A DNA stretch of 64,000 bases, taken from NCBI GenBank assembly GCA_963751345.1, contig CAVVUS010000013.1, forward strand, positions 32,001-96,000, given 5' to 3'. Both the position numbers and the translations under genes were made by a program. Under the pieces are notes generated by a model, which saw only the letters and a program-made list of their open reading frames with translations, had not been told where the DNA came from and made no database searches. Position 1 is the first letter of the stretch; the number at the start of each line of letters is the position of its first letter. This DNA is from an uncultured Chloroflexia bacterium. GTDB lineage: Bacteria; Chloroflexota; Anaerolineae; B4-G1; SLSP01. Below, in pieces: positions 1-10,000 of the stretch.

Positions 1-139
1 CGGCCATCCTTGGTCTCAGCGGCCGTGCAGGTTCCACGGCCACGCCCTGTCAAGGGTCCTTCACCTTTCGGCCCTGATCCATCGAATGCTGGCATCTGCT
101 CACCTCCTTGGTGCATCATCTGATCCGCAAGACTACGAC

Positions 140-532
140 CTAGCCCTTGCGCCGTTCGTACGCCTCCAGCAGCCGGTCGATGGCGGCCTTGCTCTCGTGC
201 AACTGAGTCATCCAGTCCGCCAAGACCTGCTCACCATCCGGTGCGATAGCGTAGACTCTGCGGGGCGGGCCCTGCGTCTCGCCCGACTCCCAGTCGGACG
301 TCACCCACCCCATCTCCTCCATCCGCTGCAGCATCCTGTAGACCCGGCGCAGCGAGACCGTCTCCAGGCCGAAATCGTCCAACTGCTCCACCAGGGCGTA
401 GCCGTGCGTGGGGCCTGCCAGCAGTACACAGAGCAGCGCCGGCTCCAGCATATGGCCCGCACGCCCATATCCGGGCCGCGGCCCGGGGCCCCTTCCGTGT
501 CCATGCCCATGTCGTCCGTGACCCATCATCAT
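140..532 (-). CDS. PadR-family transcriptional regulator with His/Gly-rich N-terminus
   Basis: Contains LEPALLCVLLAGPTHGYAL...VYRMLQRMEEMGWVTSDW...GPPRRVYAI, a PadR winged-helix pattern. AGGAGG precedes the ATG at 532 (the ORF track starts at 556). Confidence 0.9.
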   Translation of the reverse strand: MMMGHGRHGHGHGRGPGPRPGYGRAGHMLEPALLCVLLAGPTHGYALVEQLDDFGLETVSLRRVYRMLQRMEEMGWVTSDWESGETQGPPRRVYAIAPDGEQVLADWMTQLHESKAAIDRLLEAYERRKG

Positions 533-563
533 TCTCCGCCTCCTGTATCTCCTCATTGACTAC

Positions 564-592
564 AGTATACAAGACTATAGTCGCTATGTCAA
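564..592 (-). promoter_or_regulatory. sigma70-type promoter of padR with a palindrome in the spacer
   Basis: Minus strand reads TTGACA (592-587), 17 nt, TATACT (569-564). Perfect palindrome GACTATAGTC at 573-582. Confidence 0.75.
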
Positions 593-628
593 TAGTGAGT
601 TGCCGCCGATTTCCTGCATGGATTGCCC

Positions 629-656
629 TTGACATTCGACGTGGAAGCAGTACAAT
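629..656 (+). promoter_or_regulatory. sigma70-type promoter for the ferredoxin unit
   Basis: TTGACA (629-634), 16 nt, TACAAT (651-656) in an AT-rich intergenic region. Confidence 0.65.
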
Positions 657-742
657 CATATTCATAAAACTGAATCTTATTGAGAGCCCGAGTCACAAGC
701 TGGAACGGTGAGGGCTCAGCCAATTCGGAGGTCGTCTTTGCG

Positions 743-952
743 ATGGCAAGCAACTGGTATCCTATCATCGACAGTGAGCACTGCGCAAGCTGCGGCACGT
801 GCGTGGAGTTCTGTTCTCACGGTGTCTTTGCGATGGACGACGGCGGCCGGCCGCAGGTCGTCAATCCGGATCACTGTGTCGAGTTCTGCCTGGGTTGCTC
901 GAAGATCTGCCCCTCTGAGGCAATCAGCTACTTCGGCGATACGAACGCATAA
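743..952 (+). CDS. 2x[4Fe-4S] ferredoxin
   Basis: CASCGTCVEFC and CVEFCLGCSKICP cysteine motifs. GGAGG upstream of ATG 743. Confidence 0.9.
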   Translation: MASNWYPIIDSEHCASCGTCVEFCSHGVFAMDDGGRPQVVNPDHCVEFCLGCSKICPSEAISYFGDTNA

Positions 953-980
953 AGGGCGGTACACCGCCAGGAGGTCTATC

Positions 981-1355
981 ATGGGTAAGAAGGGTCTGTT
1001 GTTGTGTGTTTGTCAGGGCACCTGTCCCTCGTTCCACGACATGAACATTTTCGAGGTGGGCAACGCGATTCGCCGCGAGAAGCTGGTGGATTACGCCGCC
1101 GTACATCCGCAACTCTGCGCCAGAGACGGTGACCAATTCCTCAAGTCGCTGCTGAGCAGTGCCGACGACGAGGAGGAGACGGACACGCTCTACGTGGCGG
1201 CGTATGACCCCGACATGCAGGTCAAGATGTATCGGGATGCTTTCGAAGCCGTCGGATTCGAATCGAGCCGGCTGCACGGCGTGGATATTCGCAACAAAAA
1301 CACCGAAGAGGCCGTCCAGGCAATCGAGCGACTGATCGCCCAGGACTCCGCCTAA
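981..1355 (+). CDS. stand-alone heterodisulfide reductase A (HdrA) N-terminal-like domain protein
   Basis: GLLLCVCQGTC...HPQLC...LYVAAYDP...HGVDIRN resembles the HdrA N-terminal Cys module. AGGAGG before ATG 981. Confidence 0.6.
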   Translation: MGKKGLLLCVCQGTCPSFHDMNIFEVGNAIRREKLVDYAAVHPQLCARDGDQFLKSLLSSADDEEETDTLYVAAYDPDMQVKMYRDAFEAVGFESSRLHGVDIRNKNTEEAVQAIERLIAQDSA

Positions 1356-1371
1356 GTTAAGGCCGGTGACG

Positions 1372-1410
1372 TGCCACGAGGGCGGCGAGTGCCGCCCTCG
1401 TGGCATTCTG
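1372..1410 (+). terminator. intrinsic terminator-like hairpin
   Basis: Perfect 15-bp stem TGCCACGAGGGCGGC-gagt-GCCGCCCTCGTGGCA just after the stop at 1355; short T tail. Confidence 0.7.
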
Positions 1411-1541
1411 GGACCCCACAGCCCGCAAGTGCGACCCCTCTGATCTTGGCGCTTACCTCATTGGGGGTGCCATAACTCCTGAGACGGTGCCGTGTGCATT
1501 GTCGTGGCAGGCATCCTCAACCGTACGTCGACCCAGGAGCT

Positions 1542-2043
1542 ATGGTAACCCACTTGGCCTTCGCAGTCTAGGCATTTGGTACTCTTTTTTTTGCTGCTGT
1601 TCGCGCTATTCATTGTTCGCCAGAGCCGGGAGGCCTCCCGGACAGCAGGGGGAGCCAGGCCCGCCGGTCGAGGTGGTCCTGTTCTACGGCGACTGGGGCT
1701 GCTCCGAGTGCACCGGCACGAAGGAGAACCACGTTGCTTCGACCGGCTTCGTCCAGATCGGCGTCGATTCGGGCGCCGAGGCCCTCAGCTTCCTGAGATC
1801 GCTGGCAACCAAGTACCCGAACTCGAGGTGCACGCCTACGAGGTATGGATGAACACGACCAGCGCGGCGCCCTTCAGACGTATTGCCGCGGCATACGGCG
1901 TCGAACCTTCCGGCGTCCCCATGATCTTCATCGGCGAGCGCACATGGCAGGGCTTTGACAAAAACACGGCGGATGAGGTGACAGCCTACATAGAGCTATG
2001 CCTGGACCGCGGCTGCCCGGATCTCGCCGATATTGGTCCTTGA
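1542..2043 (+). CDS. membrane-anchored thioredoxin/glutaredoxin-fold protein (frameshifted)
   Basis: AGGAG+ATG at 1542 and an N-terminal hydrophobic helix. VVLFYGDWGCSEC (CxxC) lies in one frame and YEVW...GVPMIFIGERTWQGF (cis-Pro motif) in another; 2-3 frameshifts are needed to join them. Confidence 0.6.
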
Positions 2044-2167
2044 CCGCGAAGGCTTCCGCCCTAGAATGACTGGGCCTATTGTTCTGGGTATCGCGTGAGA
2101 TAGCCGGGCGTCTGCGCAGCCGGATACGATGCAGCAGCTCGCAGACAACCGAAAGGGAGGCCATTCT

Positions 2168-3382
2168 ATGAGCATTGTGTCAATCGTGAAGGTGCACAAC
2201 AGCCGTGTGGATGATGCCGTACGACAGGCCGTGGACTTGATTGACGGTATGTCGATCCTCACACCAGGATGCAAGGTCCTCATCAAACCTAACCTCGTGA
2301 AACCCTCCCCCTCTGGTTCGGGCATCATCACAGATGCGCGGGTGACAGAAGCCGTTGTCCGGTTCGTGCTGGAGCACAAGCCCGGACGCGTGATCATCGG
2401 CGAGGGCTCGTCGATCGGCTACGATATGCCGGGACGGGTAGACTCGCTGACTGCAATGGAGGTCAGCGGCACTGCAGATGTCGCGCGCAAGTATGGCTTG
2501 GACATGGTGGACCTCAACCGTGACGAGGTTGTAGAGGTGCACGCGCAGGATGCCTACGTGATGGAGACGTTCGGCGTGGCAAAGACAGCCTGGGAGGCCG
2601 ACGTCATCATCGATCTGCCCGTGCTCAAGACGCACTCGCGGACAGGCATCACCTGCGGGCTCAAGAATATGAAAGGCGTCCTTCCCGGCAACGAAAAGAA
2701 GCGGACGCATCGGCTGGGTCTGGATCGCGGCATTGTAGACCTCAACCGCGTGATGAAGCCACACCTGACGGTCGTCGATGGATTGGTCGGACGCGGGGGC
2801 ACACACACTCGCGATGAAGACCGGATGACGCTAGACTGTATCGTCGCCGGGGCTGACGTGGTGGCCGTCGACGCCGTCTGTGCGACGATTATGGGCTTCG
2901 ACGTTGACGAGATCCTCCACATTCGGCTCGCCGATGAGGCCGGGATCGGCGAGGCGGACCTCGACCGCATCCATGTCTACGGCGAACGGATTGCCAGCGT
3001 CGCCCGTCCCTTCCAGCCCTACGTCGAGGCGGCCAAAGAGCGCTTTGGCGACGCGACGATCATCGAGAAGAACTCATGCACAGGCTGCTGGGGGGAGATG
3101 GAGAGCGCCTTCCTCTACCTCAACCAGGCCGGGTTCAGCGACCGGCTCAAGGAGATCATCCTGGTGATGGGCACGCCCGACGAGATTCCCGACCTCGATG
3201 GCACACCCGTCATTGTGGGCAAATGCCCCAGCGACTTCAAGAGTCTGGGGGTCTGGGTGGGCGGCTGTCCGCCCCACGGCATCAAGATTACCGACGCTGT
3301 CTGCGATGCCCTCGGCCTCGATAAGGAGGCAGTCCACGCGGTGATTGAGCGCCTCCACCAGGCGGAGGCGCAGGCGAGCTAG
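2168..3382 (+). CDS. DUF362 domain Fe-S protein with Cys-rich C-terminal extension
   Basis: KVLIKPNLV, IGEGS, LPVLKTH, GLKNMKG and DVVAVD motifs. C-terminal CTGC, GKC and GCPP. GGAGG before ATG 2168. Confidence 0.85.
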   Translation: MSIVSIVKVHNSRVDDAVRQAVDLIDGMSILTPGCKVLIKPNLVKPSPSGSGIITDARVTEAVVRFVLEHKPGRVIIGEGSSIGYDMPGRVDSLTAMEVSGTADVARKYGLDMVDLNRDEVVEVHAQDAYVMETFGVAKTAWEADVIIDLPVLKTHSRTGITCGLKNMKGVLPGNEKKRTHRLGLDRGIVDLNRVMKPHLTVVDGLVGRGGTHTRDEDRMTLDCIVAGADVVAVDAVCATIMGFDVDEILHIRLADEAGIGEADLDRIHVYGERIASVARPFQPYVEAAKERFGDATIIEKNSCTGCWGEMESAFLYLNQAGFSDRLKEIILVMGTPDEIPDLDGTPVIVGKCPSDFKSLGVWVGGCPPHGIKITDAVCDALGLDKEAVHAVIERLHQAEAQAS

Positions 3383-3405
3383 GGCGCACAGAGAACATAA
3401 GAGCC

Positions 3406-3438
3406 ACAGAGCCCGGTCCTGATCGGACCGGGCTCTGT
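3406..3438. terminator. hairpin between convergent genes (probable bidirectional terminator)
   Basis: Perfect 14-bp stem ACAGAGCCCGGTCC-tgatc-GGACCGGGCTCTGT. Confidence 0.75.
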
Positions 3439-3466
3439 TGTCGTCTGACAGTTCGAGTCATACAGC

Positions 3467-3712
3467 CTACTCGGTATAGAAGTGAGACCTAAGTTGTTCC
3501 TCCGGCACATACTGGCTTGCCTGCCGCAATATGGCCCGCACCGTCCCTGCATCCAACTCTGTATGGAGTGGGACCGTCAGCGTCTGCCTCTGTCCGTCGA
3601 ATCCAATGCGCCTGAGCTTTACGTGGCTTCCTCTTTGGGATAGCACGACAAAGCCAAGTGTCTCGAAGATTCGGAGCACCTGTGAGCCGGACAGGCGGCG
3701 AAGCCTAGGCAT
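3467..3712 (-). CDS. hicA: type II TA HicA-family toxin (mRNA interferase)
   Basis: LGFVVLSQRGSHVKL...LTVPLHTELDAGTVRAILRQA; GSH motif; 81 aa. Confidence 0.9.
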   Translation of the reverse strand: MPRLRRLSGSQVLRIFETLGFVVLSQRGSHVKLRRIGFDGQRQTLTVPLHTELDAGTVRAILRQASQYVPEEQLRSHFYTE

Positions 3713-3938
3713 AGATCGGTTCCAGCTCCATTGTTACTAGAACGGGAGGATGAGGTGCCAGGCCCATGTCCGCCAGGTCTTCGCCCTCCAGATGGAGCTC
3801 AATCGCTTCCCGAAGGTTCTGGATTGTCTCATCCAGAGTTGCGCCCTGAGTCACAATGGCCAGGTTCAGACACTCTGCCACGTATCCTGACTCATCACCA
3901 GGGTAGACTACAGCCTGAATGGTGTATCGCTGCGCCAA
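3705..3938 (-). CDS. hicB: short HicB-family antitoxin
   Basis: GYVAECLNLAIVTQGATLDETIQNLREAIELHLE. TTG start after GAGGAGG; overlaps the hicA start. Confidence 0.88.
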   Translation of the reverse strand: MAQRYTIQAVVYPGDESGYVAECLNLAIVTQGATLDETIQNLREAIELHLEGEDLADMGLAPHPPVLVTMELEPIYA

Positions 3939-3970
3939 GTTTCCTCCTCTGCTTCCCGAGCTGCTACAGC

Positions 3971-3999
3971 ATTGTACCGCATGCGGGGCGCGATGTCGA
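3971..3999 (-). promoter_or_regulatory. putative hicBA promoter
   Basis: Minus strand TCGACA, 17 nt, TACAAT upstream of the hicB RBS. Confidence 0.5.
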
Positions 4000-4040
4000 C
4001 AAACAACAGCCTACCGTGAGCGCGTGCTGCATCCCTCCCC

Positions 4041-7000
4041 CTAGCGCGGTCCCACAGGCCGTTTCGCCCGCGCCGGGAGTCCCTCGCGCAGATCCGGCGC
4101 CTGGCTGGAGGCGACAACCCCGTGTGCGACGTTAAGCTGCCCTACCGTGGCCACGTCGATGTTGTTGTAGAAGCCTCCCTGGATCTCGTGACTCTCCAGC
4201 ACGCCGCCATAGGTCGTGTCGGCGTCGGTTGAGTCGACCTGGGCATAGAGAACCGTGCCCTGGGCCAGTGGCCAGCGGACACGGCTGTAGCTCTCCCAGA
4301 AGTAGGCATCCCCCACGTGCAGCGTCAGGCTGTCGCCCGGCATCAACGGCAGCGCGCCTTCCTCGACACCCCAGACGAGCCCCTGACTCGCCAGATCCTC
4401 CCAAACCTGGTTGACGCCGGTCGGTGCGGGGTCCGGGTTCACGTAGAGATCGACCCAAAAAGCATCGACCACCGGCGCATTGCCGCGGTTGCGGATGACG
4501 ACCTCGACGGTGTCGGCGTCGGCGCGGATCTCGTCCACGATGAGATCAGGCGCCCGCAGGTAGTCCTGCATCACCACCGGGAGGTACACGGTCGCAGGCG
4601 TTCTGCTCGTCACTATTTCCACCTCCAGCGGCCCAAGGGTGGACACATTGCCGGCGGCATCCTGCGCCTCGATGAAGAACGTGTAGGTGCCATCGCGCGT
4701 GAAAAGCACCGTGTCGGTGTAGGCCCACGCCCCACCCACACGCGGGATGCGCGCACCGACCTTCGACCCGTCCGGCGCGACACCCATCAGGCGCACGGCG
4801 CTGACGCCGCCCGCGTCGGCCACCTCACCCGCCATCCGCAGCGGCCCCGCAGGCGACACCGGAACGTCAGGCCACTCGGTCACAGTGATGTCGGGTCCGG
4901 TCGTGTCGATGATGAGCGTCAGGTCGAGCGCCGTTGAGCGGTTGCCGACCGCGTCGACGCCGTAGACCTGGAACGACCGCTCGACGTAGCCGCCCTCGCC
5001 GATTCCGATCGGCGCAGCGTCATCGAAGACAGGATAGTACCAGCGCCCGGTACGGGAGCCGGTGTCCTGCGGCACGAGAATCAGGCGACCCTGGAGGTAT
5101 TGGCCTTCGGCTGCTCCGATGTCGGCACCGCACAGCGATAGCGTCCAGGTGCCCGCCGCCTCTTCGCCCAGGAAGGCCTGGAGGGGCGCGGACGGACGGG
5201 CGAGCCGCGCGTAGGCAGGCGCCGCCGGGATCGTCACCCCGCCCCGAGTGCAGCGCCGATGATGCTGCATCGCTCAGGAGTACGTCGTAATTCGCAGCCG
5301 CGTCTCGCCCGTCAGGGCTTATGATCTCCACCTGGGTGTTGGCGGGCGAGGTCAGCACGCCGACCAGATCGTCGCGATGTGTGTGGCTGATCGTCAGCCC
5401 CACCCGCACCTCGCCGATAGCGAGGGCATCGGTGACGACGAAGGTCCGCTCGATGCACGCCGTCCCACCTCCGGTGACGGCAGGGGCGACCGGCACGTCA
5501 TCCACCACCACGTCCGCCGGCCCGGGATCGAGCTGCACGTCGGCCGGCGCGCAGACCCCGGACTCGCAGACGACCACCTCCCCCAGCCCGCGGTTGTCCT
5601 CTACCGTGCCGCGCAGCGCGAAGGGCGTCTCCCGTACGAGAAGTGCACCTGTTCCTTGAGCAACCTGCTGCTCAGGCGCCACGTTGAGCGCAACCACCGG
5701 CGGCACGCTATCCACGACGAAGGGATAGGCGCTCGACCACGCACCGACCTGTCCGAAGATATCGGTCGCCCGGATCTGGACGCCGAAGGCATCACCGTCC
5801 TTGGGGACAGTGCCACCGTTGAGTGCCGTGAGATCCCAGGGGCACGACCAGCCGCCACTCTGAGCTGCCCATCCCGTGCAAGTCCGCGTCTGCACGCCGT
5901 TAGCGGGCGTCTGAACGCGCAGGGCCACCGCGGAGACGCCCGAGGCGTCGTACGCGTAGCCGCTGAGCGTGGTCGTGCTTGTCGGCACCAGGTAGTCAGG
6001 CGCTTGAATGCCGTAGAAGGTCGGCGCGGCGGTGTCCAGCGGATGGTCGATCCAGACCCACTCCACGGGCGGCCCGCCCTCAGGATGGGCCTGATCGTAG
6101 ACCAGCAGGTCGAGCGCGGCCCACGGTGCGGACCCGGCCCCGGTCACACCGTGCAGGGTCACGTTCGCCTCTCCACCGGCGGCAACGTCCCCCAGCGTGA
6201 TCACCTGCCGGTCGGCCGCACCGCCCAACAACTGCAGGCCGTAGTGCGCCTGGGCCACGAGCTTCACATCCTCGGCGGTGACACTGCCGCGGTTGTGATA
6301 CGTCAGGGCATAGGTCACAACCTGGCCCGCCCCAGTTGCGGGACGTGGGTATTGACGAAACTGAAGCCCGTACTGACGTCTGCAGGCGGCGTGCCGAACA
6401 TCGGGTCCCAGAGCCCGGCCAGGCCGTCGCCCAGGTAGCGGGCAACGACGCCCTCCGGCGCCATGGTCACGTCGAGATAACCGTCCGTGTCGGGGCTCTG
6501 CGCAGCGGGACAGACGCCCGCCCCGAGCGCAGGCCAGAGATAGCCGCGGGCCAGCGCGAAGTCGGCCTGCCCGGCAAGCGCGGGCCCGGCAAGCGTGCTG
6601 TTGGCCGGATTCTGGGGCGGCATCGCCGCCCACAGCCGGAGCCCCGCCGTCCGAGGCGCTTCGTCCTCACTGGCGAAGGCGACCAACCCCAGGCTCCCGC
6701 TTCCATCGGAAGGGAGCCCAAGGAGGTCGATATGGCAGCGCAAGATGGGTAAGCCCGTCCCGCAGGGCGGGGTCATAGGCGAACTGCGCCGCCGTCAGCT
6801 GGGTCTGTGTCACCCAGGTCGACCCGTCCCAACGCCAGAGCCACGCGGTCTCGTCGTCGCTCACCCGGACCATCAGGTCGGCAAGCATCGCGGGCGCGGG
6901 ATCCCCGGCCCGGCTGACGCCGCCCGGCAGCGTCGTGGGGGTACCCCCGGCAGATAGACGTGTGTCTCGGCATCGTCGACGTAGGGATTAAGCGTCTCGC

Positions 7001-10000
7001 TCGTCCCGCCCGCCGCCGTGTCAAGGTAGACAAAGAGGTCGCCGTCGACATCCCAGTCGGCCCCCGCCCAGGCCAGACGCAGCGTGTCCGTCGTCCAGGT
7101 CGCGTAGAATCGCTGCTCGGGCGTGGACGAGGTCTCCGCTGCGCCGCTGCGCGCCGCGCGCCGGTCCACACCGACGAGGTTGCACGGCTCACCCAGCCAG
7201 CCCTCATCGGACGAAGGCGCATAGGCGGGCGTCTGCTCGTAGTCGACCGTCACCGGCCCCACCGTCTGCACCGTCCGGTTGCCGGAGGCGTCCACGACGA
7301 CGACGTGGGCGAAGAGGTGCTGCGCCTCCCCCACCCCCTGCTGGTGTCACGCGGCCGCCGGGCCGTACGTGGTCAGCGAACCGTCGGGATCGGCGGACGT
7401 CGTCCAGCCGGCAAGGTAGCCCATGACATCCGGACTCGTACTTCCCGTCCAGGCGATGTCCAGCGTCGGCGCCAGGACGTCGCGGATCGTCGCGCCCGGC
7501 GTGATCACGGTCTGAACGCTCGACGCGTTGAGGTATGACAGCGTGACCGTCACGGGCTCCGGCGGCTGGGCATCCACCCAGACCGTCGGCTCGTCTCGGT
7601 CGTGTTTCCGGCAAGATCCGTAGCCCGTGCGTACAGCGTTGCCAGGTCGCCGTCCGGCGGAACGTTGCTCCCGGTCCAGGCCGCCCCGGCGAAGGCATGG
7701 GAGGCGTCGGCACCTCGGCGTCGGTCCAGGGGCCATCGTCGTAGCGCACCTGAAGCGCGGCGACTCCGAAGGTATCGGTCACCAAGCCGCGCACCGTAAC
7801 GTACCCCGCGCCGGTGAAGTCGGCGCTGGAGATGACGTCCGTCGTCAGCAGCACGGCCGGAGGCACAGTGTCCACGGTGATGGCAGGCGCGGGAACGGTC
7901 TCCGTGGTCGTGCCGCCTGCCCAGTCGGCGATCTGCGCGGTGATGGTGTAGACGCCATCACCGGGCGGCGTCCAGCTCGTGGTCCAGAGCGTCTCAGTAA
8001 CATCAGCCGTCGCCCAAGTCGTCGTCGAGATCGGCACGCTGTTGACCGTCACCGTGAGGGCCCTCAATGCCTCGGGAGCGTAGGCGTGACCCGTGATTTC
8101 GATCGGGTCAAGCGTAGCGTAGGCCATCCCGTCAGGCGGCGAGAGAACGGCGCTCTGTGCAGCGCTTTGGCAAGGCACGGGCGTGCCAAGGGCGCGAGCG
8201 CCGCCCCAGCCGCGGGCATACCTTCCTCGAGACAGCCAGGAGCTCGCCGTCTGAGGCGCTACCGCCGTCTGAGGCGCTATCACCCCGCCCGGCCCGGCGC
8301 TCACCGACGCGCACTGGCCGAAGATGTCGCATGCCGTCAACGTGTAGGGCGCGCTAGAAGCCTCCAGGCCGCGCCCAATGGGGCTCAACGCCACCAGCCG
8401 CGTCTGGCTGTAGATCGCCGTGTACCACGGCTCGTCGATGTAAGCCTCGGTGTCGGTATAGGTGCGGTCCGTGCCCTTGACGTCGGTGAGCGTGTGCCCG
8501 AGCAGGTTGTAGTCAGATACTGAGAGCCAGTAGATCAAGCGGCTCGACGTCCAGGAATACCCCTGCACCGAGATGCACACCTGTGGCGGCGCGGTATCGA
8601 TTTCGCCGGACCACACATTGGGGATCAGCCGCGTGCGCCCGAAGCCGTCAGTCACCTTGAGGTCCACCTGGTAGGGCCCCTCGAGGCCCGCCATATCGAA
8701 GGTCCAGCCGCTGGCGGGTGCCCCGGGTTCCGCAAGATCTGCGTCCCGCCAACGCTGGGTATCGGCCAGCGCCTCGATCTCGTACGACGTGAGCGCGCGG
8801 TCGTAGACGACCACCTCGTCGAGCGCACCCTGGAAGAAGTTGGTGGGAACTGCGCCCTCCGCCCCCATCGTAAGCGGCACCTTCCGCGAGTCCGTGCTCT
8901 GGCGGCAGGCGTACCCGATGCCCACCAGTTCACCATTGCGGTAGAGATACCAGCAACCGTCGTCGGTCCAAACACCTGCCAGGTGCACCCACGACCCGAC
9001 GTCGCCCACAGGGACATCGTAGGTCGCGAGGTCGTTACCGTAGATCAGATCGACCATGCCGGCCTGGTACTGCCCATCCTTGATGCGCAAGGTGAGGCTG
9101 GCCGGCTCGTTCTCTGCGCCGGTACCGCCGACGCCGTGGAAGAAGATCGTGCGCGTACCGTCAATCGCGTCAGGGCGGACCCAGGCCGCGAAGGTCACCG
9201 GCCTGCCGAGCGCTACCGACCCCAGCGTCACGCTGTCGTCGGTGCCGTCAAAGGTGACGGCGCCGTCGACCATGCCGGCTTCCCCGGTGGCGGGACAGCC
9301 TGTGCCTTGACAATATCCGGGTTGCGACAGCGACCCGAGGTTGTCGAAGACATTCGTGCTCCCTGCGGCCTCATCAAAAGGCAGATAGGCCGGCAGATCC
9401 TCATAGAGCGCCGCGCCCTTGGCGTGGCGGAGGCCGATCGAGAGCTGCGACACTCCGGCAGCCACCGATTGCGCCAGCCCCAGGATCGCATCGTCGGCCA
9501 GCGCCCGTTGGTAGATGCCAGTTCATCCAGTGCTCCGGTGAAGTACGCCGAAGCCCCCGTCTGCGACTGTCTGCCGATAGCGACATCTAAGCGAACCGGA
9601 GAAGGCATCGGTAACGGTCGTGCTGTCGACGCGGACGCCATCCAGCAGCAAGGCGATCTCGTCGCCCTGTTTGACGGCAGCAGCGTGGTGCCACGCCCCA
9701 TCGTTGACCGTCGACGGCGAGTTGACGATGGTCCGCGTTCCGGCGGGCCGGTAGGTGAAAGCCAGATGTCCGTCCGCGTCCAGGCCGACCCAAAGGCCGC
9801 GCGACACGTCACCGGGCGCCGTCGCCGCAAAGATCGTCTGCGGCCCCGGTGAGGACGTGTTGAACCAGAAGGCGATCGTCGCGTCGTCCGGCTCGAAGGC
9901 GTGAATGGTCTCCGTCGTCGTCGCCGTGGTCGTGACCACGCGATCCTCGACCATCAGATAGTCGCTGCCGCCGAAGTAGGCGGCCTCTCCAACGCGACCG

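Noticed and set aside
8244-8279. 18-bp tandem duplication (APQTAV/APQTAS) in the giant gene
   Set aside because: Ordinary in-frame linker duplication.
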